Shown in pieces: positions 23,627 through 36,976 of a stretch of 64,000 nucleotides of DNA (within the stretch, counting starts at the first letter, position 1; the number at the start of each line of letters is the position of its first letter). Location: contig OX597831.1 in NCBI GenBank assembly GCA_951406725.2, positions 65,534,001-65,598,000 of the forward strand, in the 5' to 3' direction. Source of the DNA: Octopus vulgaris (taxonomy: Eukaryota). The notes under the pieces were generated by a model, which searched no databases, was not told the DNA's origin, and saw only the letters and a list, made by a program, of their open reading frames with translations. The translations under genes were made by a program, and so were the position numbers.

Positions 23627-26600
23627 TAGTATATGGGGCCCCACATAGTCACCGGATAATGGTTGGGTGGACACCATACTGGCCTAAAACTACCAAAGAG
23701 TGACGTAAACCACAAGTCCTACTTCGACCGCCTCGTGGTACTACCTGGATCTAAACCAACAGGAGAGGACGACTGCGGGTGTCTGGCGCAGTATAACCAG
23801 GCTGCTCCGAGCAGATGGAGCTTGTTAGCCATGATGGGCAGCCTGTCTAGGAAAAAGACACCTCGATATAAAACCTAGGACCTGAGGATCTCTCTGTCAT
23901 CGTCCTAGCTTACTGGGCCACAGTAGATGAACCCCGGGTGTAAAGGGTGGTGTCACTTCTGTGCAGACTGCACTTCACCTTTAAAACTCCATCGCGCAGG
24001 CCGAAGGACATGAACACGTCCACAACCACGATCACAACTCCCCAAGCCCTGTAACGATGGGAAGGTGGAAGATGTCACTGGAAGCTGCAGCTCTCAACCT
24101 GTATGCTGGCGGTTCGGGACATTGGTCATCTAGTGTTGACCTGGAGACGACAACATCACATGGCAGCATCCCGAACGACCAAGCAGCCTAATCTAAGGTG
24201 GCTTAAAGAGAGCTCATCTCATACATATCCAGTTGGCAAACCGCGGTCAACGGGCATCTTCAAACGGTCGAATACGTACAATTTCAAAAAGGAAAGACTC
24301 CACACACGCTCTAAGTGTTGCCAACACTCTGAAGATCGAATTTTGGAACGTCCAGACCATTCTTGACTCAGGCGACAGAGGTCGCCAGGACGCCGACCCG
24401 CTCTCATTGCACATGAACTGTCTAATCCTTAGCGAAGTCCGGTTCCCGAAGAAAGCAGCTTGAAAGAACATGGTGCCGGATACATTCTATATTGGTCTGA
24501 CAAACCCTCACCAGAAAGACGCCATTCAGGTGTCGGTTTCATGATAAGAAACTCCATTGCCTGAAATCTTGAAACCCTACAAGCAGGTCATTCTGACCAC
24601 ATCATCTCCATGCGCCTCAAACGAGCAGCAGTCCACGATCTTCAGCGTTTACTCCCCGACCCTCCAAGCAGAACCAGCAGACAAGGAAAAGTTCGACTCA
24701 GACCTGTGCAGTCTCCTACAGGGAATCCCCGTTGATGATAAGGTCATAATCCTAGGTGATTTCAATGCCAGAGTGGGCTGAGATCCAGAAACCTGGAAAA
24801 GAGTCCTCGGAAAGCATATTCCAGCAAAAGGACAGTCTGAAAACAACCAGGATGCACCCCCGATCAAAACACTGGCACCTCCTTGACAACGTCCTTGTGC
24901 GTATTCGAGACCAGTCTGATGTCATGCACACCGTGCCATACTGATCATCGGCTGGTCTGTTGCAAACTCAAACTCCACTTCAATCCCAAACCAAGCCCCA
25001 AAAAGAGGACTGGCCAACAACAACAACAACAAGAAAATCAAAACTAGCGGTCTGCACCTAACGAAGTGAAAGTAAACTTCCAGACAGGCCTACAGGCAAA
25101 GCTTGATCAATCCAATTGCCCCTCAGGTCCGTCTCCAGAAATTCTATGGGAACAACTAAAAACCGCCATCCTACAGACCTTTGCAGAAATCCTTGGGTTT
25201 ACGAAGAAAAAGAACACGGATTGGTTTGACGAAAGCGATATACTGATCCAGGAATTATTAAAGAAGAAGATGTCTGCCCACCGAGCACACCAGGCATAAC
25301 CGTCCTGCTCAGAAAAGAAAGTGGCCTTTCGCCAAGCCTGCAGTTTCCTGCAGCGCAAACTCCGTGAAATTCAGAATTACACTGTACAAAAACAAAGGGG
25401 AAAAAAGTCAGACTGCTCAAACTACCGGCGTATCACGCTGCTTTCCACTGCAGGAAAAGTTCTAGCAAGATTACTCAATAAACTTGTTCTGTCCATCGCC
25501 GAAAATTATCTTCCAGAGAACCAATGTGGTTTCAGAGCCACCAGGAACACAACAGATATGGTTTTCGTTCTCAGACAGCTTCAAGAAAAGTGCCGGGAGC
25601 AAAATAAACTACTTCATGTAACATTTGTCGATCTGACGAAAGCGTTCGACACTGTGAGCAGGAAAGGTCTGTAGCAGATCTTAAACCGACTTGGATGTCC
25701 CCACCAAATTCCTAACCATAGTGATTCAGCTTCACGAAGACCAACAAGGACAAGTCAGCCTGAATAGCGATATATCAGAGCCATTCCCCATTAACAACGG
25801 CTTGAAGCAGGGCTGTGTCCTCTCACCAACCCTCTTCAGCATCTTCTTCAGCAAGATGCTCAAGCAACCACTGCAGACGTCGACGCTGAAGACGACATAT
25901 ACATCAGGTGCTGTCTGGATTGCAGTTTTTTCAGCCTCCGGCACTTACAGGCCCACACTGAGATCCAAGAGTAACTGATTCAGGACTTCCTTTTTGTAGA
26001 TGATGCTGCACTTGTCGCACACATAGAAAGAGCCATGCATCGCATTACATCCTGCTTTGCAGAGGCCGCCCAGTTCTTCGGGCTTGGAAGTAAGCTTGAA
26101 AAAGACTGAAGTCCGACATAAACCAGCTTCTCGGGAAGAGCACAACCCGCCCCACATCACCGTTGCTGAAACATAACTGAAGTCGGTACAGCAGTTCACT
26201 TACCTTGGATGTACCATCTCATCAGATGCGAGTATCAACAAAGAAATTGACAACAAACTCACAAAGACAAACAAAGCATTTGGCAGACTGTACAAGCGTG
26301 TGTGGAACAACAAGCATCCTAAGATCAGCACAAAAGTCAGCGTCTACAGGGCCGTCGTTCTCATGATGCTCCTACATGGCTCTGAGTCCTGGGTCCCCTG
26401 CCGCTATCATCTCAAGCTCCTTGAATTTTTTCACCAACGCTGCCTCCGTATCAGCCTCAACATTTACTAGAGCGACTACATCACCACCTCTGAGGTCCTC
26501 GAGTCGGAAAAGGTCACCAGCCTGGAAGCCATTTTGCTTGAGAGACAATTGCATTGGGCAAGGTATGTTGATAGGATGAAATACCATCGACTACCCAAGA

Positions 26601-26965
26601 TCATCATGTATGGTGAGCTCACCACTGGCCACTGCAACAGGAAGCGTTACAAGGACTGCCTGAAGCACCCTCTTAACGTTTGTAACATTATCGTGAGTGG
26701 GCCACTCAGACAGCTCACCACATCACTTGGCACCATACCATCAGCGGTGTTGTTTCCTCCTTTGAGATATCTCGCAATGCCTTCCTTGAAGACACACGTC
26801 AGAGGCGAAAAAGCAAAGCAGTTGCATCATCAGACCCTGAACCACCATAGCCCTGTCATCAACGCAATCGGATATGTCGGCCCCACATCGGCTTTATCAG
26901 CCACGAACGAGCGTGCAGGTAACGTGGTCAACAGCCTTCTTCTTCAGTGAAACGATGCCAAGAAG
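23627..26965 (+). mobile_element. Essentially full-length decayed RTE (BovB-like) LINE
   Basis: APE motifs WNVQT, LSEVRF, YSPT, ILGDFNARVG. RT motifs NYRRITLLS, QCGFRA, FVDLTKAFD, KQGCVLSPTLF, FVDD. 3' gccaagaag tail. TSD agatatttcgtata / agatctttcgtcta. Confidence 0.93.
23665..23770 (+). ncRNA. Putative HDV-like self-cleaving ribozyme in RTE 5' UTR (partly decayed)
   Basis: P1 GGGTGGA / ACTACCT, P2 GTCCTACTTCG / CAGGAGAGGAC, P3 ACC/GGT with loop GCCTCGT, P1.1 CC/GG, J4/2 CCAA. Confidence 0.6.
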
Positions 26966-27897
26966 AGATCTTTCGTCTACTAAGTTCGTAAAGAGACTGA
27001 ATATGGAAACGTATCAATAGTATTAAATCATTAAAAAAACATTATAAACGCTCTGAAATGATCAGAATGATCAGAACAGCTGAATTTATCCAACAAGTTA
27101 AACAGGCCATTGATTACAATCCCAGAAAATCCATGAGATCAATTGCAAATCTGTTTTTCTTATAAATATAAATCTGTCCCCAAATATCTTACGCACTAAG
27201 ATGATCCTTCTATGACATTATTTTAATTGAACGCGACGTATCCATTTCCAAGTAAGTTTATATGTATATATATGTATATATATATATATTTGAGTGTGTG
27301 TCTTGCAAACAACTTGCACATGCAAGTTCTACCAGTTAAAAGCTCCGTATATCGGAAGCTAGCAAGTGTATGGGGTCATCAGGAGAGAATGCGCGCCGTT
27401 TCGGGGCCTACCTCTCGACGGCATCAATGCGCACCGGCCCCCCTCACTGATATGAGGCCCCGCTTGCTAGATCAGCTGGTTATGAAGAACTCAATATACT
27501 TCTAGCCATCGCTCATCGTCTCTTTTTAACCAAATCCAGTGGCTAGCCTTCTCCACTGTAGATTGGATATCGGTCATGGTGGTATTGACTTTACGATGAG
27601 TTAGGCCTAACGATAACAACAGTCGTCTCACGCTGTGTCTTACAAACCCTCTACATTTAAAGACGTTTCATATTAGTCATAACCCATTCGTGTAGAGATT
27701 TATTTTTTGCAGAGATATACCCGGGGGTAGGTGGTTTATCTGGAATTCTTATGAATCTTGGTGTGATGCTAAAGTTGAGATGTGGAACAACAAGCATCCT
27801 AAGATCAGCACAAAAGTCAGCGTCTACAGGGCTGTCGTTCTCATGATGCTCCTACATGGCTCTGAGTCCTGGGTCCCCTGCTGCTATCATCTCAAGC

Positions 27898-28192
27898 AGT
27901 GGATTTGGTAGTGGATTTGGTGACGTGGATTTGGTAGACGGAAACTGAAAGAAGCCTGTCGTATATATGTGCGTGTATGTTTGTATGTGTGTTTGTGTGT
28001 CTGTGTTTGTCCCCCTAGCATTGCTTGACAACCGATGCTGGTGTGTTTACGTCCCCGTAACTTAGCGGTTCGGCAAAAGAGACCAATAGAATAAGTACTA
28101 GGCTTACAAAGAATAAGTCCCAGGGTCGACTAAAGGCGATGCTCCAGCATGGCCGCAGTCAAATGACTGAAACAAGTAAAAGAGTAAAAGAG
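27898..28192 (+). mobile_element. 5'-truncated SINE family A with triplicated 5' junction
   Basis: gtggatttggt occurs three times, then the normal body and tail. Confidence 0.85.
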
Positions 28193-28350
28193 TATGTCTA
28201 TATGTATCTATATATATGGGTGTGCGTGAGTGTGTGCATGTGTGTGTGTGTGATAATGATTATATGTCTATATGTATCTATATATGTATATATGTGTGCG
28301 TGTATATGTGTGTACATGCATATAATGTATCAGATATGTATTTATGTGTG

Positions 28351-28387
<37 letters not shown>

Positions 28388-28932
28388 ATGCATAGAATGC
28401 ATCAGTGTGGATGCATATGTGTCTATGCGTGCGGGCAGTCCTCAAAAGTGCACAGCCAGACCTCCACACGCACGCACATATGTTCAATATTTACTTTCAC
28501 TCCGAAGCATAAAACAACTCACATCGGAAAAACACTAGGTGAGCTGTACTTGTCAACTATCATAAACTCAATAAGCAACTCAATAATAATTGCTTTATAA
28601 AAAGCGATACACGCGCACTCATCAATCAGTTTGTCTGACTTATATAACTCGCCTTTCAAATTGCTTTCTCCTTTCGATTTAGTCTTCAGTCTCAAAATAT
28701 TACTGTTAAAAATCATCACATCCTACTTGATTTGATCAGCGGTTGTCAAGGTGAATTGTCTACGAAACACACTGTTTTGCGCAATAAGGCAAAACGGTAC
28801 CGCATCCACGTTAGTCCTTTAAGGTAGCTAATTGGTTTTAATTTAAATCAACAGTAATCAAGCAAATATGATTGATTATGTTAATGGTGATTCTTGATAG
28901 TTTTAGTGTTGTTGCTTGGTAGTAGTTAATGG

Positions 28933-29364
28933 AGATCTTTTCGGTTTGAACGGCAGTTTTTAACATAATTTCTAGGTAACTAAAAAATTTTAAACTTCGT
29001 ATACTGGTAGAATGTGTTTATAAAACATCTTTTTCTCTTGGCTTTATTGAGAAAATTCTATAGTTTGTAAGATATTTGTTGTTTTTTTTCTTCAATTTCT
29101 GCAATTTCAACCAATCAGTGACGTCTATTGAGGTAAAAAACATTCTGTGCCGTATGAATATGTCCCTCGTTTAAGAAACAGAATGGGTTTATTTACATTT
29201 GTGAAGAAAAAAAGATACCCTTCCCCCATCCCTAACCCTAACCCTAACTAACCCTAACCCTAAAACAGATTGAAATGCAATAGATCGATACTAAGGTCAT
29301 AATTATGGGTGACAATTTCATATGACACCGCTAGAAAAAACTGCCGTTCAAACCGAAAAGATCC
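28933..29364 (+). mobile_element. GGATC-TIR MITE with internal (CCCTAA)n
   Basis: ~29-bp TIRs and telomere-like repeats at ~29231-29263. Confidence 0.9.
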
Positions 29365-29879
29365 TATTACTGTTAAAAATCATCACATCCTACTTGACTT
29401 GATCAGCAGTTGTCAAGGTGAATTCTCTACGAAACACACTGTTTTGCGCAATAAGGCAAGACGGTACCGCATCCACGTTAGTCCTCTAAGGTAGCTAATT
29501 GGTTTTAATTTAAATCAACAGTAATCAAGCAAATATGTATTATGTGCAATTCAACAGAGATAGTTAAGTCACTGACTGTCATTATCCTCCAAGCTGAATC
29601 CTTCAATGTAAAAAGCCTCATTAAAATTCTATAATCCAGCAAACTTCACAAGAAGTTGAACTGCAGATGTTCGTGCAGAAGAAAAGATATTTTGCTGAAA
29701 ATTCTGTAAAGTCACCGATTAGAAAATATTTTGTTTTTAAACGAAACTTGGAAGATGATCGTTAAACGAACAAGGAATATGTTAGTGTATCACAACACAC
29801 TGGAAACAGGCGCTCTTTCACAATACCAGCCATGCATTCTAATCACTTGGGGAAAAAAAAGATTTCAACTAATTTTCAG

Positions 29880-30390
29880 GAATCCCCTTATCTACTCCCC
29901 TCAACCCAAACTGCAGCCGTCCTCCAGCAAAGTCTCCGATAATTGCTGTTCACATTGCTTGCAGCTATACTCCAAACGCACGTGGTAAATCTCCTTTTAG
30001 ACTCCCCTGTTAACAGCCTATTATCCTTGCTCAGCCTAACATGGAAAGGTTGATTCACTTGCTATTCAATCTTCACTCCATTATTTCTGCTCAACTTCAG
30101 AGCTTGGTTATCTAATAATAAACTTCTTCCTCTTCTACATCAACGATCTATTCATTGTCCCTTCTCCAATGTATTATACATCCTTTGATCCTCTTCCTCA
30201 GACCACTTTACACACAACCTCTCCACTGACTATCACATTTTTTTATGAGCAAACATCGAAACCACTGTATTGTTGGTGACTCGGCAATTTACTCGTATTA
30301 CATCAGAACACTGACACTAGACATCTCAAGAAATTCAAACCACACTACAGCTCATGAATAACACGCAACTATGCCACAGTGAGAGTTTCT
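29880..30390 (+). mobile_element. Very decayed CR1/L2-type RT fragment
   Basis: ttcttcctcttctacatcaacgatcta = FFLFYINDL at ~30124, the RT motif B C-terminal block. Confidence 0.4.
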
Positions 30391-31126
30391 ATGCGGTTGT
30401 TCGGATTGCTAGAAATAACAGCCAGATTTCCCTCTTATCACACCGACCATCTTGATAAGGGAAAACCTCATTAGGTAACACGGTTCTGCTACAAGCAATA
30501 TTCAGAGGGACGCTATGGTCACGGCTGGATCTTATTTAAGCACAGGTATCCTCAATAAGGGCTGAACACTAAGGCCGTCTGGACACACTGCAAAAATCCC
30601 CAGCATTCTTTAAGATAACGATTATTTCTTAAGTTGACCATAACCAAGGTTGAATGATAAAACTGATTTTCTTTTAACAAGTGTACAAAGCAAAAATAAA
30701 AATAAAAATAAAAAAAACAAACAAACCCCAAAACCACTTTTGTTCCCGAGCGGTCGTTGACAGTATAAAAACCAGGTAAACGTGATGTCCTGGGACAGTT
30801 ACACTTGGCTTCGTCTCCCGTCCTATTTGCCTTCACACACAGCATTCATGCACACTGTCACTTATTCCCTGTTAAAGCTTACTGTGACATTAACACGGTT
30901 AACCTCAACCACTTACACTTCCTTCGTATCTCACAATCTCTAACACACTATCTACTTTCACATTCGTATGTATAGCCACGCATCTACTTGTCTGTAAACC
31001 ACAAAACTCTTTCTCTCCTTCCACAACTCTCCCTCTCTCTTTCTCTCCCTTCCCCTTTCTCTCTCTACGCGTGTTTATCTATTTATAGGTCCCTCATTCT
31101 ATTTGTCCATCACTTTCTCTCTCTGA

Positions 31127-31131
31127 ATGTG

Positions 31132-31163
<32 letters not shown>

Positions 31164-31271
31164 TGTATGTATGTATGTATGTATGTATGCATGCATGTAT
31201 GTATGTATGTATGCATGCATGTATGTATGTATGTATGTATGTATGTATGTATGTATGTATGTATGTATGTA

Positions 31272-31304
<33 letters not shown>

Positions 31305-31625
31305 ATGTATGTATGTATGTATGTATGTATGAATGTATGTATGTATGTAAGTATGTATGTATGTATGTATGAATGTATGTGTGTATGTATGTATGTATGA
31401 ATGTTTGTATGTGTGTATGTGTGTATGTATATATGTATGTATGTATGTATATGTGTGTATGTATGTATTTGTGTGTGTGTATATGTATGTATGTATGTAT
31501 GAATGTATGTATGTAAGTATGTATGTATGTATGTATGTATGTATATGTGTATGTATGTATGTGTGTGTGTATGTATGTATGTATGTATGTATGTATGTAT
31601 GTATGTATGTATGTATGTATGTATG

Positions 31626-31656
<31 letters not shown>

Positions 31657-32172
31657 GTATGTATGTGTGTGTATGTATGTATGTATGTATGTATGTAAGT
31701 ATGTATGTATGCATGCATGTTGTAAATTCAGTTTGAAAGCAGAACGATAGAAACTCGGAGGACTCTTCTAAAAGTCATCTCAGTTCGAACGATAGAGGTT
31801 AGTTCCATCGATCTCGAAGACTTTGAAGAATTAAAAATCACAGCGAACATATATATATATACATGCACTGGCATACATACAGATCCGTACATACAGGATT
31901 ACGTCATACGCACAAATACACACACACACACACATAAATACATACATGCATATATACATACACACATACATACATACATACACACACACATACATACATA
32001 TATACATACATACACACACACACATACATACATACATACATACACACACATACATACACACATACATATATACATACACACATTCATACATACATACATA
32101 CATACATACATACATACATACATACATACATACATACATACATACATACATACATACACACACATACATACA

Positions 32173-32204
<32 letters not shown>

Positions 32205-32243
32205 CACATACATGCATACATACATACATATATACATACATAC

Positions 32244-32274
<31 letters not shown>

Positions 32275-32610
32275 CGTATACATACATACATACATACACA
32301 CACACATACATATACACATACATACACACATTCATACATACATACATACATACATACATACATACATACATACATACATACAAACGTACGTACATACATA
32401 CTTACATACATACATACATACCTACATACATACATACGTACGTATGCATACATACATACATACATACATACACACACACATACATACATACATACATACA
32501 TACATACATACCTATCTACCTACCTACATACATATATACATACATACATACATACATACACACACACATACATAATTACATACATACACACACACATACA
32601 TATATACGTA
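31127..32610. repeat. Long (TATG)n and (CATA)n microsatellite arrays in opposite orientation
   Basis: 31127-31715 is (tatg)n and 31915-32600 is (cata)n, mutually complementary. Confidence 0.95.
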
Positions 32611-32695
32611 TATATTCCGCTAACACGCTTGTTAAATTGTTATATTGCAGTATGTATAGATGTTGTATATGAGCGTGAGGCAGAAAGATGGAGCA

Positions 32696-32727
<32 letters not shown>

Positions 32728-32826
32728 TGGGAGAAAGAGAAAGAGAATGAGACACAGAAGGAGCGAGCCGGAGAAATTTGAGAAAGGGAGTGTAGAAGAA
32801 AGTGTGTTTGTATATAGGCGAGTGAG

Positions 32827-32885
<59 letters not shown>

Positions 32886-33066
32886 CCGACAGAGTGTGTA
32901 CGTAAGAGAAAGAAACAGGAAGTGAATGTGAGACTGTGTGTGTGTCCGTGTGTGTGTGTGTGTGCGTAAGAAAGTGTGAGAGCATGTCTGTGTAAATATG
33001 TATTTGTGTGATGCGGGAGTGTCTAAATGTGTGACAGAAAAAGATAGAGGTAAAGAACGAACGAGA

Positions 33067-33135
<69 letters not shown>

Positions 33136-33224
33136 TATGAGTATGTGTATTAGTGTGCATGAGAAAAACCAGAGCGGTGTATGTGTATGAATGTATACAC
33201 AATAAAGTACACGTGTATCTTTGT

Positions 33225-33271
<47 letters not shown>

Positions 33272-33293
33272 CCTGTACGTGCTGTTTTGTATG

Positions 33294-33336
<43 letters not shown>

Positions 33337-33368
33337 TTTATTTTAAGCAGCAGAAAATTCAACAAAAT

Positions 33369-33406
33369 CTGTTACTCTGAGTTTCTCGTTGCCGTTCATC
33401 AGACAG
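33369..33406 (-). ncRNA. Minimal PLE-type hammerhead
   Basis: Minus: CTGT CTGATGA ACG GCAA CGA GAAA CTC A GAG TA ACAG. Intact core with an A-A mismatch at the base of stem II. Confidence 0.7.
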
Positions 33407-33702
33407 TATATATATATATACATGTATATACATACTTACATAAATACATGATCCGTATATATATATATATATATATATCCCAAAATAAATAAAATTTTTA
33501 AGTCTGCGAATCTCTTAACATTTTGGTCAACTGTCATCTCCGCTTATTACCGTCTTATAAATATACACTAACATGTAAATAGTACCACCATCACCACCAC
33601 CACCACCACCACCAACACCAATAACAACACCACCAATAACAACAACTACTGCTACTATTACCACCATCCCAACAACTAAAACTACTACAACTACCATCCC
33701 AG

Positions 33703-33748
<46 letters not shown>

Positions 33749-34327
33749 CACTACTGTTGCTGCTGTTACTGCTGCTGCTGCTGTTGTTGTTGGTCGAAAG
33801 GCTATAGTTCTGCTACCACAACACTTAACAGCTGTCCATTGTCTGTTTCTTGCATATTTCACTCCCTTTTTCTCATCTCTCGAGAGGAAAACACACAACA
33901 CACATACACATACACACACATACACACACACACATACACACACACACACACACGCACACACGCGAGCGAGTGTATATATATATATATACATACGTGTGTA
34001 CGTTTCTATATGTGTTCGTGTGTTGCATGTGTATGTGTCCCAACATCTTTTTACCGCGAACTTTACCATTTGCGCTTACCTATCTCCTCTCTTCTCCTGG
34101 AATCAGCAATTACAGACTCTTCCGTGCGCTCTGGAAGTGTGTGTGTGTGTCCATGCATGTGTATATGTGTGCGTGTGTGTGTGTTATGCTTTTCCGCACA
34201 GTCTATGTGTGTCGTTTATTCTTCCCTATCTAGACGTTTGTCTTTCGGATAAACAGCAGGATCGTATCTGACTGGGTCTTTGCTGGTCTGCTTCAGCGTA
34301 TTTTACCCACCTTGTCACACTCGCAAC

Positions 34328-34413
34328 ATGTCTCAAGCAGAGATTGGAACTATAAGTGAACTCCACTTACATCGTATGAATAGGAATCGGCGCCATACCC
34401 TGGCCAATGTTCG
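34328..34413 (+). CDS. PDE4: Alternative first coding exon of cAMP-specific phosphodiesterase PDE4 (dunce orthologue); phase-2 intron follows
   Basis: gcaacATG context, MSQAEIGTISELHLHRMNRNRRHTLANV-R, donor CG|gtgagt. It resembles, from memory, the Drosophila dunce isoform start MQAEQGSIGDLQKYHSRYLKNRRHTLANVR-FDVENG. The downstream common exon is not seen in the window. Confidence 0.8.
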
Positions 34414-34581
34414 GTGAGTACATTATTTTTACTCCTCTTTCATCCTCTGCTTCTACTATTTTTATCGACATAGCAACATCGCTTAGCGCTACTCCTTTCA
34501 ATTTCTACGCTGCTGTCAATTCTGTTACAACCATGTCGAACTATAACCGAACAGAATATACTTGTGTGTAGTGTGCGGTGC

Positions 34582-34659
<78 letters not shown>

Positions 34660-36196
34660 ATGTGAGTGTGTGTGTGTGAGTGTGTTAGTATGTGAGTGTG
34701 AGTGAGTGTGTTAGTATGTATGTGCGTGTGTGTGAGTGTGTTAGTATGTGTATGTGTGTGTGTGTGAGTGTATTAGTATGTGTGTATGTGTGTGTATGAG
34801 TGTGTTAGTATGTGTGTGTGTGAGTATGTGAGTGTGTGTGTGTTAGTATCTGTGTGTATGTATATATATATATATGTATGTATATGTGTGTGGGTATGTG
34901 TGTTGCTGTGTGTGTATATGCATGTCTGTGTCTCTGTGTGTATAATGTGCATTTGAGTGTACTTGTATATGTATTTGAATGTGTGAGTATGTGTATGTGT
35001 GTGTTTATGCATATGCGTATTTATGCTAGCGTGTATGTGCGTTATACTTATCTGTTTGTGCGTATGTGTGTACGTGTGCATGTATACGTGTGAGCGTGTG
35101 TGAGAGAGAGAAAGAGAGAGAGAGAGAGGGGGAGAGAGAGAAAGGGAAAGAGAGTGAATCAGTGTTGTTTGTGTAGTGAAGTTTTAGTAACTTACGATCA
35201 AACTATTATAAATACTTCTTTCTTCGACTCTACCGAAATAGACTGCCACGGCAGAGACGTCAACTATAACTAATCATGTGTGTGTGCGTGTGTGTTTGTG
35301 TATGTACGTGTGTGTGTGTGTGTGTGTTTATATGTGTGTGTGTGTGTGTGTGAATAAGCAATGTGTCGTTGATGGTGACACTGTACCCATCTCTGATCTA
35401 GATGGTCGTTGTAGACAAATGGTGACAGATGGCACTAGCCAATAGAGTAAATGTTAACACTTTCCTCTTTCTCTCTAGCTCTGAAATTTATTACCAACAT
35501 CCTTTACAGCTAGTCAACCTGGTTTTTTTTTTTTTACTCATCCAAACAGACAGCTGTGTACTACATGAAACATTAGCTCTTTATTTTAGTGCACTAGATA
35601 TGTGTGGACAACTAAAATAAACAAACTTCATACTGCTTGCTGATAAATATTGCAATATTAGAGTGTAATCACTGTTTACTGTTTCAAGGGGTTGTACCCT
35701 TAATTACGTTATCATCTGGTTGTAATTAACGTGTTGCTAAGATGTATAAATAAATAACAATAAAAATAAATTCGGATGTATAGCAAATCTGTGGGCTCGT
35801 TTATATTTTGTTGTCAGGTAAAGATTGTTGAGTGCTTTTACAGCGAACTTGTGAAAATATTTCATCTGTACTTTCAACACTTGTTGAACTGATTCTTTGG
35901 TTTGTTATGCTATACAACAGATTTTCATATTCACACCTGTTGTACATCTAGAACACTGGCTGTACAATAATATAAAGACGTCATATTCTGATGTATACGC
36001 AAGCAGAGGAAAAAGGAAAAAGGAATTAAAAAAACACTATGTAAAAATCATTATTAGATATATTTACTGGAGGTGCTCGATGTATTATTCGTTGTAACTT
36101 TCAATGTAAACAAATAAATAGTGTCTGCTGCACATAAACGCATAATTGCGCAGTCACGCACACACTCGCAGTCACACACACACACGCGCGCAGTCA

Positions 36197-36234
<38 letters not shown>

Positions 36235-36976
36235 AACACACACTCACACACATCATATATACAGTTCCACTTTCTATTTCTCAGACGATGATACGAATTA
36301 CGAACATGGGTGGGAGAATATTTACCCAGGGAGCTTTCTGCCTTACTCCAAGAAGTATAAAAGAGTTTCTAATCAAACTGAGATTATCAAAACAATTAGT
36401 TGACAACCCCCCCCCCATTTAACGAGTATTTAAAATCTAGAAAAAAAAACCCCCATAGACAAGGGAGATAACTCCAATGACATCAATTCATCGAAATTCT
36501 TGAACAATAAAAAAATAATGCTGGTTGTAAATGGATCAGGATCCTAGGTTTGTCTTTTTTATAGGATTTAGTGAACAGTAGCGTCTTAACCACGAGAACA
36601 CCTAATTTGACAGAAACGTGTCCGTTTCTTTCACCTGTTGGCCTCAAAGAACAATCTGCATTTATTGCAGTTATTTCAGGAGCTTGTTGTGTTTTATAGA
36701 TTATTAAACACCCGAGAAGGAGAGTTTGTGCTCTGATTGCTTTGATGACCTCAGTTGACCCCAAAGTTTTTTTTTTTTAACTCACTATATTACGTACCGT
36801 ATTTATACTTCATATGCAGAAGGCATATCAAATAATAAAAAAAACCCCTGATATTTCCTCCATTCATTCATATTATTGATGTCCTTAATCAGTGTCGCTA
36901 TGCGCCCTTTATTTCTACACGTATTGGTCACTATTTGTCTTGCCAACTAAAATAGAATATACTCAGTCGAGGACTA

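Larger units (their letters stand above)
23424..27200 (+). mobile_element. Internally deleted Tc1/mariner-superfamily element split by an RTE insertion
   Basis: TIR gtgcgtaagggatttgaggaca (23428-23449) vs its inverse at 27175-27196. The HTH peptide MKRHTVIVTIKAAHSDLEISRFLKVAR continues after the RTE as SFVY*VRKE...AEFIQQVKQAIDYNPRKSMRSIA. Confidence 0.8.

Noticed and set aside
27359-27470. GC-rich structured segment with minus-strand GAAA and CTGATGA
   Set aside because: The would-be stem II strands (cccc and cccc) cannot pair, so it is not a hammerhead.
29231-29263. (CCCTAA)n as an interstitial telomere or fusion site
   Set aside because: The same short run is an internal part of every long copy of the MITE family.
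36265-36400. Good acceptor (tttctatttctcag) as the next PDE4 exon
   Set aside because: Splicing from the phase-2 donor gives CGA CGA TGA, an immediate stop, and there is no FDVENG-like sequence.
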